Below, in pieces: positions 47,086 through 60,847 of a DNA stretch of 64,000 bases. The stretch is taken from the NCBI GenBank assembly GCA_963777505.1, contig CAVZQN010000004.1, positions 288,001-352,000 of the forward strand, written 5' to 3'. The notes below the pieces were generated by a model. That model saw only the letters and a list, made by a program, of their open reading frames with translations, did not search any database and was not told where the DNA came from. The stretch is from an uncultured bacterium (GTDB lineage Bacteria > Acidobacteriota > HRBIN11 > JAKEFK01). Numbering within the stretch: position 1 is the stretch's first letter; every line of letters starts with the position of its first letter. The translations under genes were made by a program, and so were the position numbers.

Positions 47086-49002
47086 TTATGGCGTGTACCA
47101 GATTGGCGAAGTGTATGCGCGTTCTTGCTGTGTCATCGGAACTTCCTTTGGAAGCTGAAGCTGAAAGAATTTGGCATCATAAGCCGTCCAACGGGGAGTC
47201 GGGATTTCCAGCACGCGAGCATAATAGAAAGCAGACTGTGAGGCGTCGAAGTCGGGATCCTTCCACACTGTAATCAGCTCAGAGTCACCGATGTTGTTTG
47301 TCCATGTTGCATTCGCAACATCCACAGTATTGCCGACTGCGGGTAACTTTCCGCTTGCATCCGGTTTGCGGGTTGCTGAATCGCTCCATACAGCATCATA
47401 GATTTTTTCATGAGCCTGGCCTTTTGAATCCACCCACCCTTTGATGATTTGAATACGATCGAGATTTGCGCCGATCGGATCTTTCAGAGCAGCAACCAGA
47501 AATGTGGGAGCCTTTCCGTTTGGTGCTTTGTTTAAATCACCGCCCATAGGTACGCCTTTGGTATAGCCTATTTGAGCCGGCAAACGGTTTACCGCATCTT
47601 TTGTTTCGAAGTCCCAGCCACCAAAAAAGCGCACAATCATACGTGTACCGGTGGTGGCATAAGTTTCACGACGTTCCATGGCATCCCAGATTGCCTCACG
47701 CGTATTCTCAGTTGCCCATACCGCGGCATAACCCGATGCCGTTGTTTCCCAGCCCATGACTGTGATTCCAGTATCCTTGTTTTCTATGAAAGGATGTTCT
47801 GCTCGCGTCGGGCTTGGCTCTGAGCCGGAAGTCTTGCCGAAGAAGTTGTCCTCTTCAACTGCCGCAAGCGCAGTGTGCGAATCTGTGGACCCGACGAGTC
47901 CGAATTTGTAAGGATTGAGACCGAGTTCCTTTTCCATTTTCATACCATTCTTGAATGCGGACCGAGCATATTCGAATTCCAGCATTTCAGGCTTCTTTGC
48001 GGCGCTCACATCAAGATTCCCTTTATCCCAGATTTCAAAATTGGCAAATTCATCGTTGGTTGAAAGGAACGGGTGCGTTTCACTTGTTCCCTTCATTTGC
48101 GTTACTTCATAAAGCGGTTCCCAACGTCTGCGATTTTCCGCATATGTTGGATCAATTTTTTTTCCTGTGAATGATTCGATGATCGGAAACATCCGTCCGT
48201 TGCTTCCATTACCGTTATGAGCGATAGCAAGCACATTACCGCCTGTCTTCTGTTCATATGCAGCCATCCAATTCCAGAGGTCGCGTGGATTATCGCTGCC
48301 GTGTGGCTTCTGAGCAGTTAGTGGTTCGACCTGGCTTGCCCTGGTTCCGTTGTCACGAAAAATAACATTGCGATGCAGGTTGTTACCACCTGTGCCTGAA
48401 GTCCATTCATAACCAATAAATGCTGTGAATCGACCTGGATCATTCGCCTCATCTGCTGCGTCGATTGTTTGTTGCCACGCATCCCGATATGCAGAGGTGC
48501 CAGGAACCGGAAGGAGTCCTTTGGAAATAGTGCCTTTGCCAAGATTAAAGTAGATGTCTAGAGCTGCTTCGACTCCCTTACCCTCCTGAATCATGTCATA
48601 CCATTTTCGAGCTTGCGGATAACCAAGAGTTTTTGGATCTCCTGAAAACAGAAGCGGAAAAAATCCCATTCCGTCCGAATGATCAGCAACAACCAAAAAA
48701 TCGAGAGGTCGTGAGAGTTTGACTTGCTGACCGCTGGAGGCAGTGAGTTCCTCTCCTTTTGCAAACCGATAGGCTTCTTTAGGCCCTAATCGGCAACCGG
48801 CTGCACCTCCATCCATAGAAATCGATGTATGCAAGTGCGTGTCGCCGAAAAAGGGTCGAGTAGGATAGTTTCGTCCTGCATAAGGCGAGTATGGCCGTTT
48901 TGGGAATACTTTTTCGACAGCTTCCTTATCAATATGTCCGGCATCCTGGGAAATTGCTGGCAGAGTAAAAGAAAGAAGCAGAACAATTGCTAAAATTCTC
49001 AT
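47086..49002 (-). CDS. DUF3604 domain protein (secreted, PHP-like)
   Basis: FGDTHLHT, VVADHSD, NLHRNVIFR, HNGNGSNG, GSTDSH, QERAYTSPIWYTP. Confidence 0.9.
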   Translation of the reverse strand: MRILAIVLLLSFTLPAISQDAGHIDKEAVEKVFPKRPYSPYAGRNYPTRPFFGDTHLHTSISMDGGAAGCRLGPKEAYRFAKGEELTASSGQQVKLSRPLDFLVVADHSDGMGFFPLLFSGDPKTLGYPQARKWYDMIQEGKGVEAALDIYFNLGKGTISKGLLPVPGTSAYRDAWQQTIDAADEANDPGRFTAFIGYEWTSGTGGNNLHRNVIFRDNGTRASQVEPLTAQKPHGSDNPRDLWNWMAAYEQKTGGNVLAIAHNGNGSNGRMFPIIESFTGKKIDPTYAENRRRWEPLYEVTQMKGTSETHPFLSTNDEFANFEIWDKGNLDVSAAKKPEMLEFEYARSAFKNGMKMEKELGLNPYKFGLVGSTDSHTALAAVEEDNFFGKTSGSEPSPTRAEHPFIENKDTGITVMGWETTASGYAAVWATENTREAIWDAMERRETYATTGTRMIVRFFGGWDFETKDAVNRLPAQIGYTKGVPMGGDLNKAPNGKAPTFLVAALKDPIGANLDRIQIIKGWVDSKGQAHEKIYDAVWSDSATRKPDASGKLPAVGNTVDVANATWTNNIGDSELITVWKDPDFDASQSAFYYARVLEIPTPRWTAYDAKFFQLQLPKEVPMTQQERAYTSPIWYTP

Positions 49003-49088
49003 TATAAAATCCTCGTCTTTAGGGATGTCAGGGCAAACCAGTATCATACTAGGCATTTTTCATTTTCCATATTGATAAAAGGAAGGTA

Positions 49089-49104
49089 TTGGACTTTGGT
49101 CCTA
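49089..49104. promoter_or_regulatory. Second copy of the GGACTTTGGTCCTA motif, between the divergent DUF3604 and tamB-like genes
   Basis: Matches 47055-47068. Confidence 0.45.
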
Positions 49105-49158
49105 TCAGTGCTTTACATCGATGCACGATACAATCGAAGCATACGGAGATAGGCTGTT

Positions 49159-52100
49159 TTGGTAGTTTCAAAAATCATAAAAAGATTCCTGCGTTGGGCT
49201 TTTCTTTGTGTGCTCATCCTGTCGGGAATTCTTTTGATTGGTATCTTCTTGATTCAGACTTTCGTCTCCGGATTTCTGCAGGATTATGTCTATAAAGAAT
49301 TGGGTTGGTCGCTAAAGATAGGCTCTGCACAAATCCAATTTCATCCTCTCTCAGTGCGTTTGGAATCAATCGAACTTTCAGCAAACAATCACAAACCATT
49401 TCTTCAGGCGAAGTCTGCATCTGTCTCTGTACCGTATTCCTCTTTTTGGGGTGATGAATTTCTGATCCAACAAATGCAGGTTGATTCTCCCAAAATCGAT
49501 CTACAGTTACTGCCGTTAAGAAGTACATCAAAAGACAAAACTGAAAAACCCATGAAATCGTTCCGGATTGAGAGGGCAATCGTTCATTCGGGAGAAATTC
49601 AATTCAACAGTAATCAGTTCAAGAAAATTGATTTTGAGTCACAAATCGATCCGCAGGGAATTCAGTTTAGTGAACTGAAATCCGAATTCAACGACATAAG
49701 TTTCAGCGGAAAAGGAAATCTAAAAAATTGGGAAAAACCTGAACTCGATTTTTCTTATGAGGCTCGTGGAAATGTCGTTGGACTTGAACCGTTGTTCCCT
49801 GCGGTTGGAAAATTTAAGGGTGTTGTCTCTGTCCGGGGATCTGCGAAAGGAGATATAAAGCAACCAGTCATTTCAGGTCATGCTGAAAGTTCGAATTTAG
49901 TTTTCGAAGATAGCACTCCATTCTCCTTTGCCGGGCAATACAAATACGATTTCAAAAGCGAGTCAAATCCGATAACAGTCACTGGAGATTTTGCATCCTT
50001 TCCGATCGAAGTAATTGAAAATTACTGGAAGAAAATGCCGCAATTTTCATCACTGGGCAGGGGAACTTTCCACTATTCGGGCAGCGTTGATTTCTGGAAA
50101 GGGAAAGGAAATTTAGGCGTTGTGCTGGAGCCAAAAAACAATGCAAAGATACCAGTTACAGGCCAAGTCAATGCACGGCTGGAAAACGGACTACTGCAAA
50201 TCGAACGAAGCAAGGTTCAGTTTATTAACTCCCAGGTAACCGCAAACGGAACACTCTCCAAAAACAAACTCTCATTAAATACGACTTTGCTGAGTCCTCG
50301 ATTGAAAGACGTTGCTTTTCTGCATCCAAAACTTGCTTCAATTCCTGGGACTTTTCGCGTTCAGGCTCAGTTAACAGGCGCTTACAACAATATCAATGCT
50401 CACGGCGAACTATCGGGACAATCAGGGAATTCTGTGATTCAGGCAAAAGGGAACACGAGCTTTGGAACTAAGAGGGTTTCTCTTGAATTTTCCGGAAATA
50501 CAACTGCTGAAGATCTGCGTACCTTTTTGCCGGACCTTAAGAAAGGAGAAGCGCAATTTGAGGGGTCTTTAGAAGGAACATTCAAGAAGCCTATTGTGAA
50601 TGCGTCATTGACAGGAAATGATCTTCAATTTCAAAAAATTAGAATGCAAAGTTTTTCCGGACAAGTGGTGACAGAAGGGAATCGATTACAGTTCCATGCC
50701 GAGGTGCCGGAAACCGGATTGCAGATGGATGGATCGTATTTGTTGAATACGCATGCATATGAAATCCGAGGAAGCGCAGAGGAATCCTCTTTAGAGACAC
50801 TTCTCGCTATGTATGATGAACCTTTGGTTCCTATTCACGGAAATGTATATACAGACTTTGAGGCAACAGGATATGTTCATCGATGGAAGGAATCGAGTGG
50901 AAAAATTCATCTTCGGATACCTGAACTGCAATGGCAAGAAGTTTCGTTCAGTATTCCTGATACTGAGATTCAGATCGAAAAGGGCGTCGCGCATCTCGAT
51001 GTTCGTGCTGAGTCCCCAAACGGTCAAGTAAATGTACGCGGAACCGCAACATTGCGGTCCGATTTTCCTTTGGATCTTCAAATCGATGGAAAGGCTAATG
51101 GGGAATTGCTGGAAAAAATTTCTAAGGATTTGAAGGCTGGGGGTGAGGTGAGGTTTGATGCAACCGTTCTGGGATCTGCTTCAAAACCAAAAATCGAAGG
51201 CAAGCTGTTAACCGAAAACCTCAATGTGAATTTTCTTCCGAAAGAATGGAAGTTCTTATTCCAGAGCGCTGAAGTGAATCTTTCAGAACATGCAGTAAGT
51301 GTAGAAGCGAATGGCAATCTAAATGGTTCAGAATTTTCCTGGAACGGAATAATCCCCCTGGAAAGCGGCGATGGCAATCTTCATTTCGAAATTTCGGATC
51401 TTCCAGTAGCCACATTAAGACTCGGTACAAACGTATCTGGGAATATTAGTGTTGCAGGCGACCTTAAAGGCAAAGGCACTTTATTGCGTGAATTAAACAA
51501 AGGCGGATCAATTCAAAAAGCATTTGATGAGTTGTCGGGAAATATTTCAGTTTCTCCTTCAAATTTAAAACTCGGTAAAAACGATCTAGTTGTTGACGCC
51601 CCTATTGTTCTTACCATTCAAAATCAAGAACTTCATTTGGCGTCTACGCGGATCCGGTCTGGGGAATTGTTGGATTTTCAAAGTTCCGGAAAGCTGAATT
51701 TGGGAACAGGCCGGATTGAATCAAGTATGCATTTGGCAGCCAGAATCGATCTGCTTTCCAACTTGAAAGCAGACATTCAAAGCAGCGGACCATTGACAGC
51801 GGATTTGCAGTTGAACGGGACGCTAAAAAATCCTGAATACAAGGGAACCATACAGTTAAAGGATGTATCGCTGCGTATTCCGGACTCACCCTTGATTCTG
51901 GAACACGTGAATTTGCTGGCATCTCTGGATAATAAGCGTCTTCGATTGGACAAATTGGAAGCGCGATCAGGCGGCGGTGTGATCACAGGCGGAGGCGAAC
52001 TGATCTCAGGAGTTCAAGGGAGTCAGGTTTGGGTTCAAGGTAAAAATGTGGCAGCGAATTATCCGGAAGAATTGCGTAGCCACTTAGATTTTGACTTGAA

Positions 52101-55100
52101 ATTGAGCGCAATAGATTCCGATGTACAGCTATCGGGAGACGTGCGTATTTTAAGATCCCTTTATGAGCAACAGCTCACGTACAAAAATCCGATCATTCGA
52201 CGGCTACTTGCTGCGAGCACAGAACTAACCTCGGAAAAACATTTTAAAAACAAATTAAAACTTGCTGCTCGATATCCGGACGGTACAAGATTTGAGACTG
52301 AAAAATAACGCCGCTGTCTTGCGCGCAGGCGCCAATCTGAAAGTGGGAGGCAGTCTTATATAGGCCCAAGGTTACAGGGCGTTTGAATATCCGGGCAGGA
52401 AGCCGCATTTTTCTCTCCGGCAATCAGTATGATGTTGAAAAGGCTACCGTGGAATTCTTCGGTAGTGAGTCGATTGAGCCGGAGCTGGATATAGCTCTTT
52501 CGTCATTGGTGCGCGATATTGAAACAGATACTTTTTACGAAGTTTTTATTCCGTTTGGCGGAAGGCCTTCGCAAATCGAGTTCAAGAACATCAGGTCTAC
52601 GCCCTCACTCTCTCAGGATCAGATTTTCTCTCTTGTCACTCATGGCACCGTTCATTCTGAACAAGTTGGATCCAGGGGCCTGTTCCAGCAGCAGATTATC
52701 TCGTTTTTTGCGGGTCAGACGTTAGGTGCACCCGCCGCCGTAATTGCCAAATCAATCGGGCTATCACGAATTAAGCTCCAACAAGAAGGACTTGGTTCGG
52801 TCAATGATCCGAAAACAAGATTGATGCTGGGAAAGGATATTGGTGCTGGATTCAGTTTAATTTATTCCTTCGTCTTGAATGATCCTGATGAACAAACATG
52901 GATAGCAACATATCGATATGGACGAAACATCATTGGCAGGTTTATCGATCAGGATGATGGCACATACACGACTAGCGTCAGTCACAGGATTCAGTTTGGC
53001 AAAGGAGCCAAACAGAGCTCCTTTTCAGCTCGTTCCAGGAAAAAAGAGCGCGGTTTACGAGTGACTTCCATCGATCTAAAAAACAACTCTCCGCTTACTG
53101 ATCAGCAGATTTACCAATACCTCAAAATTGAAGTAGGTGACGATTACGATTACTGGGATTTTCAAGAATATTCGGACGATTTGAAAAAAGAACTTCAAAA
53201 AATGGAGTATCTGTATCCTGTGATCGATGTTCGCGAAACCGAGACTGAAAATGATCTTGTTGCCCTGGCGATTGAAATTCATTCAGGCGAACGTTCCCAA
53301 ATGATTTTCAATGGATATGAGGTTAGTGGAAAAATGTTGAACGGCTACAAAAAGATGTGGCGCGCTGGAATTTCGGCTGTTGTAGTTCAGCAAATGATCC
53401 GGGAAGATCTTCTGCGAGAAATTCAGTTAGACGGTTTTTACAACGCATCTGTAAATACGGAGATTAAAAAGTCAGAACCCTACACCATTTATCATTATGA
53501 TGTAACTCCGGGTCCGCGATTTACATCTGTAGAATTGCAGTTTCATGGGACCCACCATTATGACCCGGAGATTTTACAAAAGGACCTTGTTCGGCTTTAT
53601 AAATCAGAAGAAGAGTTATTTCGTGAAGCCATTCATAAGCCATCTGATTTTTCTGAAAAAATCAAAATGCTCTATTTGCAGATGGGATATTTGCGCGCCA
53701 TAGCTAAGCCTGGATCGGTTCAGTTTTTGGCGGAATCAGGCAAGATCGTAAGAGCTGTCCAAATTGAAGAAGGTTCGGCCAGTCATGTTGCTCAAGTAAC
53801 TTTCTCAAAAGGTGAACCTGTTCCGGATTCCATGCGATCGAAACTGCAGTTGCAGGAAGGTGAGGTGTTTCAGCCAGACGGGCTGCTGAAGGACGAACAG
53901 ACAATCCACGATTTCTATGAGTCCAATGGCCATCAGGATGTTTCGGTCCGCTACAACATGGAGTTTAGTAAGGGCACTTCAAACCTTGTAGTGAATTGGG
54001 TGTTGGATATGGGACCGGTTGCCAGAATCGCGTCAATTCGAATTGAAGGAAATCAAAGCACGCGTACCGATTTGATTCTAAAACAGATCGGTTTGAAGGA
54101 AGGAGACTTACTCACGCATGAGAATCGTTCACTCGCAAGAAAACGCCTTTCGGACCTTGGAGTTTTCCAACAAACAGTACTTGAGACTGAAGAGACAGAA
54201 GTGCAGGGATCATACGATCTGGTGGTCCATCTTGTCGAAAATAAGAAGTATGAATTTCAATATGGAGGGCGATACAACACGGACGACAAAGCCGGTGCAG
54301 AAATTCGTCTTTCCGATTTCAATTTTTTGGGAAGAGCACAAAACTTAGCGTTGTATCTGCGGACTACTCTTGATCAACCGCTTTTCCGAATCGATTACTC
54401 ATTGCCTGTAACGGGGAGTTTCTGGGATCGAACCCGCTTTTCGATCTTCCGCGATGAGACCGATGAAGATGTACGCGCAACCATTTCTGGCGATCTTGTA
54501 AAAATTCCGTTCGATCACAGGCAGCTAACATTCCAATTCCAACAAGACCATAAATTGTGGAACTTTTATCGTCTGATCTACAGTTTTGAATACGGATCGA
54601 TCACCGCTGATTTTCGGGATCTCGCAACCAACGTCCCACTCCAATTTGAAGGGAAAGAAGCTGTATTTAGAGCCGCATTCCTGGCTGATAACCGCGATGA
54701 TCCCTTGAATGCTACACGCGGCTATTTTTACTCTGTAGACGGCGAATTTGCACCAATATTATTTGGCAGTGACATCAGCTATGCGAAGAATTTCTCCCAG
54801 ATCTTCTATTACAAAAAATTCGGAAAGTTTATTTTCGCATCCGGAGTACGGGCAGGTTTCTTGAAACTCCGCAGCAACATTCTTACGATTGAAGAAAAAT
54901 TCAGAACTGGCGGAAGCACATCATTGAGGGGTTTCGAACATAACACTGTAGTTCCGGGTGACGATCTGATCAGCATATTTTTTGGCGGCGATTCCGTGTT
55001 CATCTTGAATGAAGAAATCCGTTTTCCGATTTACAAATGGTTCTCAGGTGCCGTTTTTTACGATGGCGGAAATGTCTACCTTAAAGCTTCAGATTTTGAT

Positions 55101-55247
55101 CCAACGAACATCAGGCATTCTGCCGGTTTCGGAGTTCGTCTAGGAGCAGGCGGATTTGTTCTACGCTTCGATTTTGGTTTCAATCTTGATCCGGATGATG
55201 ACGAATCACAAGCCGTTTTTCATTTCGGAATCGGCCAGGCTTTCTAG
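49159..55247 (+). CDS. Probable single TamB (AsmA-like)-POTRA-TamA/BamA fusion of about 2030 aa; frameshifts near 52270 and 52359
   Basis: The linker reads in frame after removing two bases; POTRA IEGNQSTR…L…LGVF; GGSTSLRGF; C-terminal FHFGIGQAF. Confidence 0.75.
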
Positions 55248-55249
55248 GA

Positions 55250-55323
55250 TTTAACCACGAAGGTCACGAAGTTTGAATTTATTAATAAGATCTTCGTGAT
55301 GCTTCGTGATCTTCGTGGTTAAA
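55250..55323. repeat. Nonamer-unit inverted repeat
   Basis: tttaaccacgaaggtcacgaag versus cttcgtgatgcttcgtgatcttcgtggttaaa. Confidence 0.75.
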
Positions 55324-56346
55324 CATTTACCACGCAGGATCCAGGTTTCGATTGAACCTTTACCTTTGACCTCGATTGACCCACGTTCTTCGAAGGTGTA
55401 TTGCTCGCGCATTTTTTCAAACACGGACCGAGTTACTTGAATGGCATCGGGAATGCCATGAGATTCCATGCGGCTTGCTAGGTTCACAGTGTCACCCCAG
55501 AGGTCATAGATAAACTTGCGGCTTCCAATAATTCCGGCAACAACAGGGCCGGAATTCACACCAATGCGTAAACGCAAAGTTATATCCCGGTCTTTACTGA
55601 TTTCCTGGCTAACTTGTATCATCCGAACCGCCATGGTCATGATCTGCTCAACATGGTTTGCGCAAGGCTCCGGTAATCCGGAAACTGCCATGTAGGCATC
55701 ACCTATCGTCTTAATTTTTTCAATACCCAACTCGCGCGCTGCCAGATCAAATCGCGTAAAAAGATCATTCAGCAGTTCGACGACTTCTTGTGCTGGCATA
55801 GTCCCTGCCAGTTCTGTGAAGCCCACAATGTCGGCAAACAGTACGGTCACCTCAGCAAAGTGTATCTGCGATGTGATCGTCTCCTGATTTCAGCCGTTCA
55901 GCTATCGGTGCCGGAAGAATGTTTAACAATAGTCGTTCGTTTTCGCGACGCAGTCGATCGATGGAAAGATGAGTATTCACACGTGCCAGGAGCTCAGGAG
56001 GATTAAAGGGTTTACTGACATAATCGACCGCTCCCAATTCGAATCCGTGCACGATATCGGCCGTTTCAGTTTTTGCGGTCAGAAAAATAATCGGGATGTC
56101 ATGCCATTCAGCGTGACTCCTTCAATCGCGCGCAGGCTTCAAATCCATCCATTTCAGGCATCATTACGTCAAGCAAAATAAGATCCGGCCGGATTCGTGC
56201 GACGACTTCTAGGGCTTGACGGCCGTTGGTTGCAACACTGATTTCGTAGCCATTCCTTTCAAAATGGCTGAGAGTGACTGAATGTTTGCTGGTGTATCAT
56301 CGACAATCAGGATTCGACCACCAATTTTAGATTGTGCCGTTGTCAT
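55251..56346 (-). CDS. Response regulator fused to an adenylate/guanylate cyclase; several frameshifts
   Basis: MTTAQ…[11 protein letters not shown]; DYVSKPF; LLNILP; [33 protein letters not shown]. Confidence 0.85.
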
Positions 56347-59300
56347 AACGGAACGCCCTTCTGCTTGGCCACTTGTTGCAATACAGTCAATGCATCCGCG
56401 AAGGCGAAACTGCTCATCTGTTTTTCGAATGTTTCAAATGTCTCGGGAGTGAAGAAGGATTGAAATGCATCACGGTGAGCATCAAATAACTCACCTGCCG
56501 TTGGATCGAAGTTGTTCAGGTTGGCAATCATTTCTTGTACGAGCTTCTTGAGTTGATCGGGATCAACCTGAGTAATAACGGAAGGTTGTGACGGACTTTG
56601 CAGCGGAAGGGCAGCAGCGCAAACGGGAAACAAAGTCATCCAAAACCGAAGCAAAGTTTTTGCGCGTCTCTTCTAATACAATAGTAGAAGTTTTGTTAGC
56701 GATCGCTTTTTCAAGCGTGCCAGCAACTTGTTGTAGTTCGCGAGCGCCAAGGTTTCCGGCGACACCTTTCACAGTATGGGCGAGGCGTTCGGCTGACAAC
56801 GAATCATTGGCCGCCAGCGCTTCAGCAATTTGTACAGCTGCCGGAGCTTGTTGTGTCAGGAACTGACGAAGCAGTTTCAGATATAGCGTTCGATTTCCTC
56901 CAACGCGAGTCAAACCGTCTTTTGTATCAAGACCTTCAACCTTCGGGATTTCACCAGATTCCGTCTGCTCGCTTTGTGATTGTTCTGATTTAACAACCTG
57001 TGCGTGCTCTGATGGTTTGTAGAATCGGCTGAGGGTATCGTAAAGCAGCGCTGGATCGATTGGTTTCGATACGTGATCATTCATACCGATTTCGAGACAG
57101 CGCTGGCGCTCTTCCGTTGTTGCATGAGCTGTCATCGCGATGATAGGTAGTTTTGCGAAGCGCGAATCGGAACGGATTTTTGTAGTCGCTTGATGGCCGT
57201 CCATTTCCGGCATTTGAAGATCCATAAGTACGATATCGTAAGGCATCGCGCCACTATGTTGAAATAGTTTTTCTACAGCTTCACGCCCATTGTTTGCAAC
57301 ATCGACTGTTGCACCGACACCTTCCAGCAATTCGATTGCAATTTGCTGATTGATATCATTGTCCTCTGCTAACAAAATGCGAAGACCTTGAAGGCGAGTT
57401 GTATCTTTAGCACTTTCGGAATCAGCCGAAGCGGTTTCAACCATTGTTGCAGCATAGATGTTTACAAGAGCGTCCACCAACATAGATTTCGTGACCGGCT
57501 TCAAAAGGAAACCATCAAGATGTAGATGCTCTGCTTCTTCACGAACTTCCTCGCGGCCAAATGCAGTGACAAGCACAATCGCAGGTTGATGCAACAACGT
57601 TTCATCGCTCTTAATGAGGCGGGAAGCTTGAAGTCCATCCATGCCGGGCATACGCCAATCCATGAAAATAATGTCGTATGGTTGATCGGAATCCATCTGT
57701 TTTACTGCGTCTATTGCATGTGGGTCCAGATGGCAACTACATCCACTCGTTGAACAATGCTACGAAGCGATTCTTGAATGATTTCACACGCAGCTGGATT
57801 GTCATCTACAACCAGCGACTTCAGATTCTGCAAGCGTTCAGGGACGATCTTTCCTGAACCTTTTTCCTCTCCGACACCAAGCCAAACGGTGAATGAGAAC
57901 GTGCTTCCTTCACCCGGCTCGCTTTCTAGCCAGATCTGTCCTCCCATCATTTCGACCAATCGCCGGCATATCGTTAAACCGAGTCCGGTGCCGCCATGTT
58001 TGCGGGTTGTAGACATGTCGGCTTGAGTGAACGGTTGGAAAAGTTTTGCAGCCTGCTCAGTTGTCATTCCGAAGACCGGTATCTTGAACGGAAAATTTTA
58101 ATTGACATTTATCTCCGGTGCGTTCCAGTAGTTCTGCTTTCAGACGGATTTCGCCGCTCTCTGTGAATTTCACTGCATTGTTGACAAGGTTGGTTAGGAT
58201 CTGTCCAAGCCGCAGCGGATCACCAAGCAGGAATTGAGGTACCGATCCGGGAACATCTGCAAGAAACTCCAGGCCTTTTTCGTGCGCTTTTTGGCCGGTA
58301 ACAGTGGTGACTGAACTAATGACATCATCAAGTTTGAAATCTGTTTCTTCGAATATCGAGTTTGCCTGCTTCGATTTTGGAGAAGTCCAGAATATCGTTG
58401 ATGATGGCAAGCAACGATGTACCGGCATTGTGAACTTTATTCAGATAATCCCGTTGTTTGGCGTTCAGTGGTGTCTTCAACGCAAGATAAGAGAGACCGA
58501 TGATTGCGTTCATCGGTGTGCGAATTTCGTGGCTCATGTTTGCGAGAAACATCGACTTCATCTGCGTGGCTTCATCAGCTTTTTCTTTGGCCTGACGAAG
58601 ATCCTGTTCTAACCTTTTGGACTCAGTAATGTCCTGATAAACGCCGTACATATGCTGCGCTGCGCCATCATCTCCCCGAGCCACCTGACCGGCGGCATGC
58701 AGCCAGGCGATCCGGCCGTCAGCTGGACGCTTGTAGGCATACACTGCATCGTAGCTTTTGTAGCGACCGTCGATGGCGCCCTGATACTTCTCAGCAGTCT
58801 GCTTCGCTAACTCCTCATCCGCTTCAACCAACCGTGAAAACCATTCATTTTGTAAGTGATAACGACCGTCAGCTTTCGGCTGTTCTCCAAGAATCCTGGC
58901 CGCTCGTTCCGACTGATAGTAGTATTCCGGATCAGAGTAATCGATTTCCCAGTAAGCGCAGCCACTCAGTTCTAATGCAATATCAGAAAGGAAGTTTGCT
59001 TTTCGTATCGCGCTTTCAGTCTTTTTGCGTTCAGTGACGTCTCGAATGGAAACTGCAACCTCTGCAGCATGACCTTCCCGCGAGGTCAAAGGACTCAGAC
59101 CAATCTCCACAGGAAAGAGTGAACCATCCTTCCGTTGGGCACTGAGTTCACGACCGGATCCCATATTGCGGGCTTTCGGAGAACGATGAAAATCCTCTCG
59201 TAGTCCCGGATGATGTCCGCGAATATTGTCAGGTACAAGCATTTCGACTTTTTTGCCTATAAGTTCATCCTGTGTGTATCCAAATAGTTGTTCGCATTGC

Positions 59301-60706
59301 ACATTGGCCAATTGGATAACGCCATCTGCGTTGATCACCATCAATCCATCCGGAGCCAATTCCAGTACATTTCGAAAGAACTGCTCGGTTTCGCGTGTCC
59401 GCTGTTCGCTGATCTTAACTTGTTCCAGTAACTGCTGCGTACGAAGATTGCGCTGAAGCACATCCAGTTTGAGAGTCACCGTTGCTGCAGACTCCTCAAG
59501 CAATGTTCGTTGTTCGTTCGTCAATGAAGAAAACGAAGCAACTTCAATGACTGCAAGCACGCGATCTTGAGTTGCAACGGGAATTGCTGCGAGAAAACGT
59601 GGTGATCCCTGCCCCAATCCAGAAGCGATCTTGATGTAATTTGGTGGAAGATCGTTCAGTATAATTACTTTTCTTTCAACTGCTGCCTGCCCAGCTATCC
59701 CTTCACCGGGAAGAAACGTGCTGCCTTCATTGTGGCCATTTTCAAAACCGTAGCTGCTTACAAAATGAAAACGTTCGTCACCTTCTTGAAACAAATGAAA
59801 TGCACCATAGCCTCCGCCAATCAACGGCACAAGAGTTGAAAGCAAGCGCCGGCCGAAGTCATCCGGTTGTTCAGCACCCTGAAGTTTGTCCGCAATTTCA
59901 GCTAGACTTGTTTTGACCCATTGCTGTCGATCTGCTTCATCCACCGTGACGCGATACTTCTCAATTGACCGAGCCACTTCTCCAATTTCAGATGTCTCTT
60001 GTTGATAGCCGATTTCTGCGCCGGCCTTTCGCGCAATTAAGTTCGTGAGGCTTTGAGTCAGATTCGCGAGTGGATTCACAACCCGGCGCCTGTAAAAAAA
60101 GATCAGAACACCTAGGATCGTTATCGCATTTAGTAGAAGGACAGAAAGTGCAATGTTGTCCAACAATCGTGCACGATCTGCGAGTTGCGTTGCATTCGAA
60201 GTGAAGCGCTGTTCCATCAAATGACGGCATTCAGCGATAGGCTCCATAATGGAAGCTTTAGCCGATACATACTCCGGACTATATACAATCTGAATTGCTC
60301 GTGAATAATCATGCCTGTCAACTGCTGCAAATGCTTCATTTTCCAGTGACACTAGCTTGTCGGAGTTGCGTTTCGCGCGCGAGATAAGCTCGCTTTCCCT
60401 CTTCGTCATACCGACGTTTTGCAAACCTTCAACGGCAATTTCACGATTACGGTCTACAATGAGTTCTTTCTGAAAGGTATCAAAATAGCGCTTGTCCCCT
60501 GTGGCGGCATAAGCGCGCACAGAGTTCGTCAAAGTGTCGCTCCCTGCGGCAAGTTGGTCGGAGAAAGCGGTCATCCTTCTCCGAGATTCGTAGTTATTCT
60601 GAGAAATAATCCAGTAATAACGCGCGATCAGCGCAAAAGCAATCGCAACCAACGACAAAACGATTACGACGAAAGTTATGATTTGACTCGTTCGTTTGAT
60701 TTTCAT
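56343..60706 (-). CDS. Hybrid sensor kinase (periplasmic, HAMP, GAF, 2 PAS, HisKA, HATPase, 2 REC, Hpt); frameshifts near 58350, 58070, 57715 and 56590
   Basis: [52 protein letters not shown]. Confidence 0.88.
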
Positions 60707-60847
60707 GTCTGATGGAAAGAACCGGAAAATAAATTGTATTGCCTTTTTAGGTTACCGGCAAACTTCCTCGTCATTTGCGACAAACGATTATAATCATTAG
60801 AAGGATGAAGCATAATAGATTGATCAAATTCAACAGGAGGTATTTCG

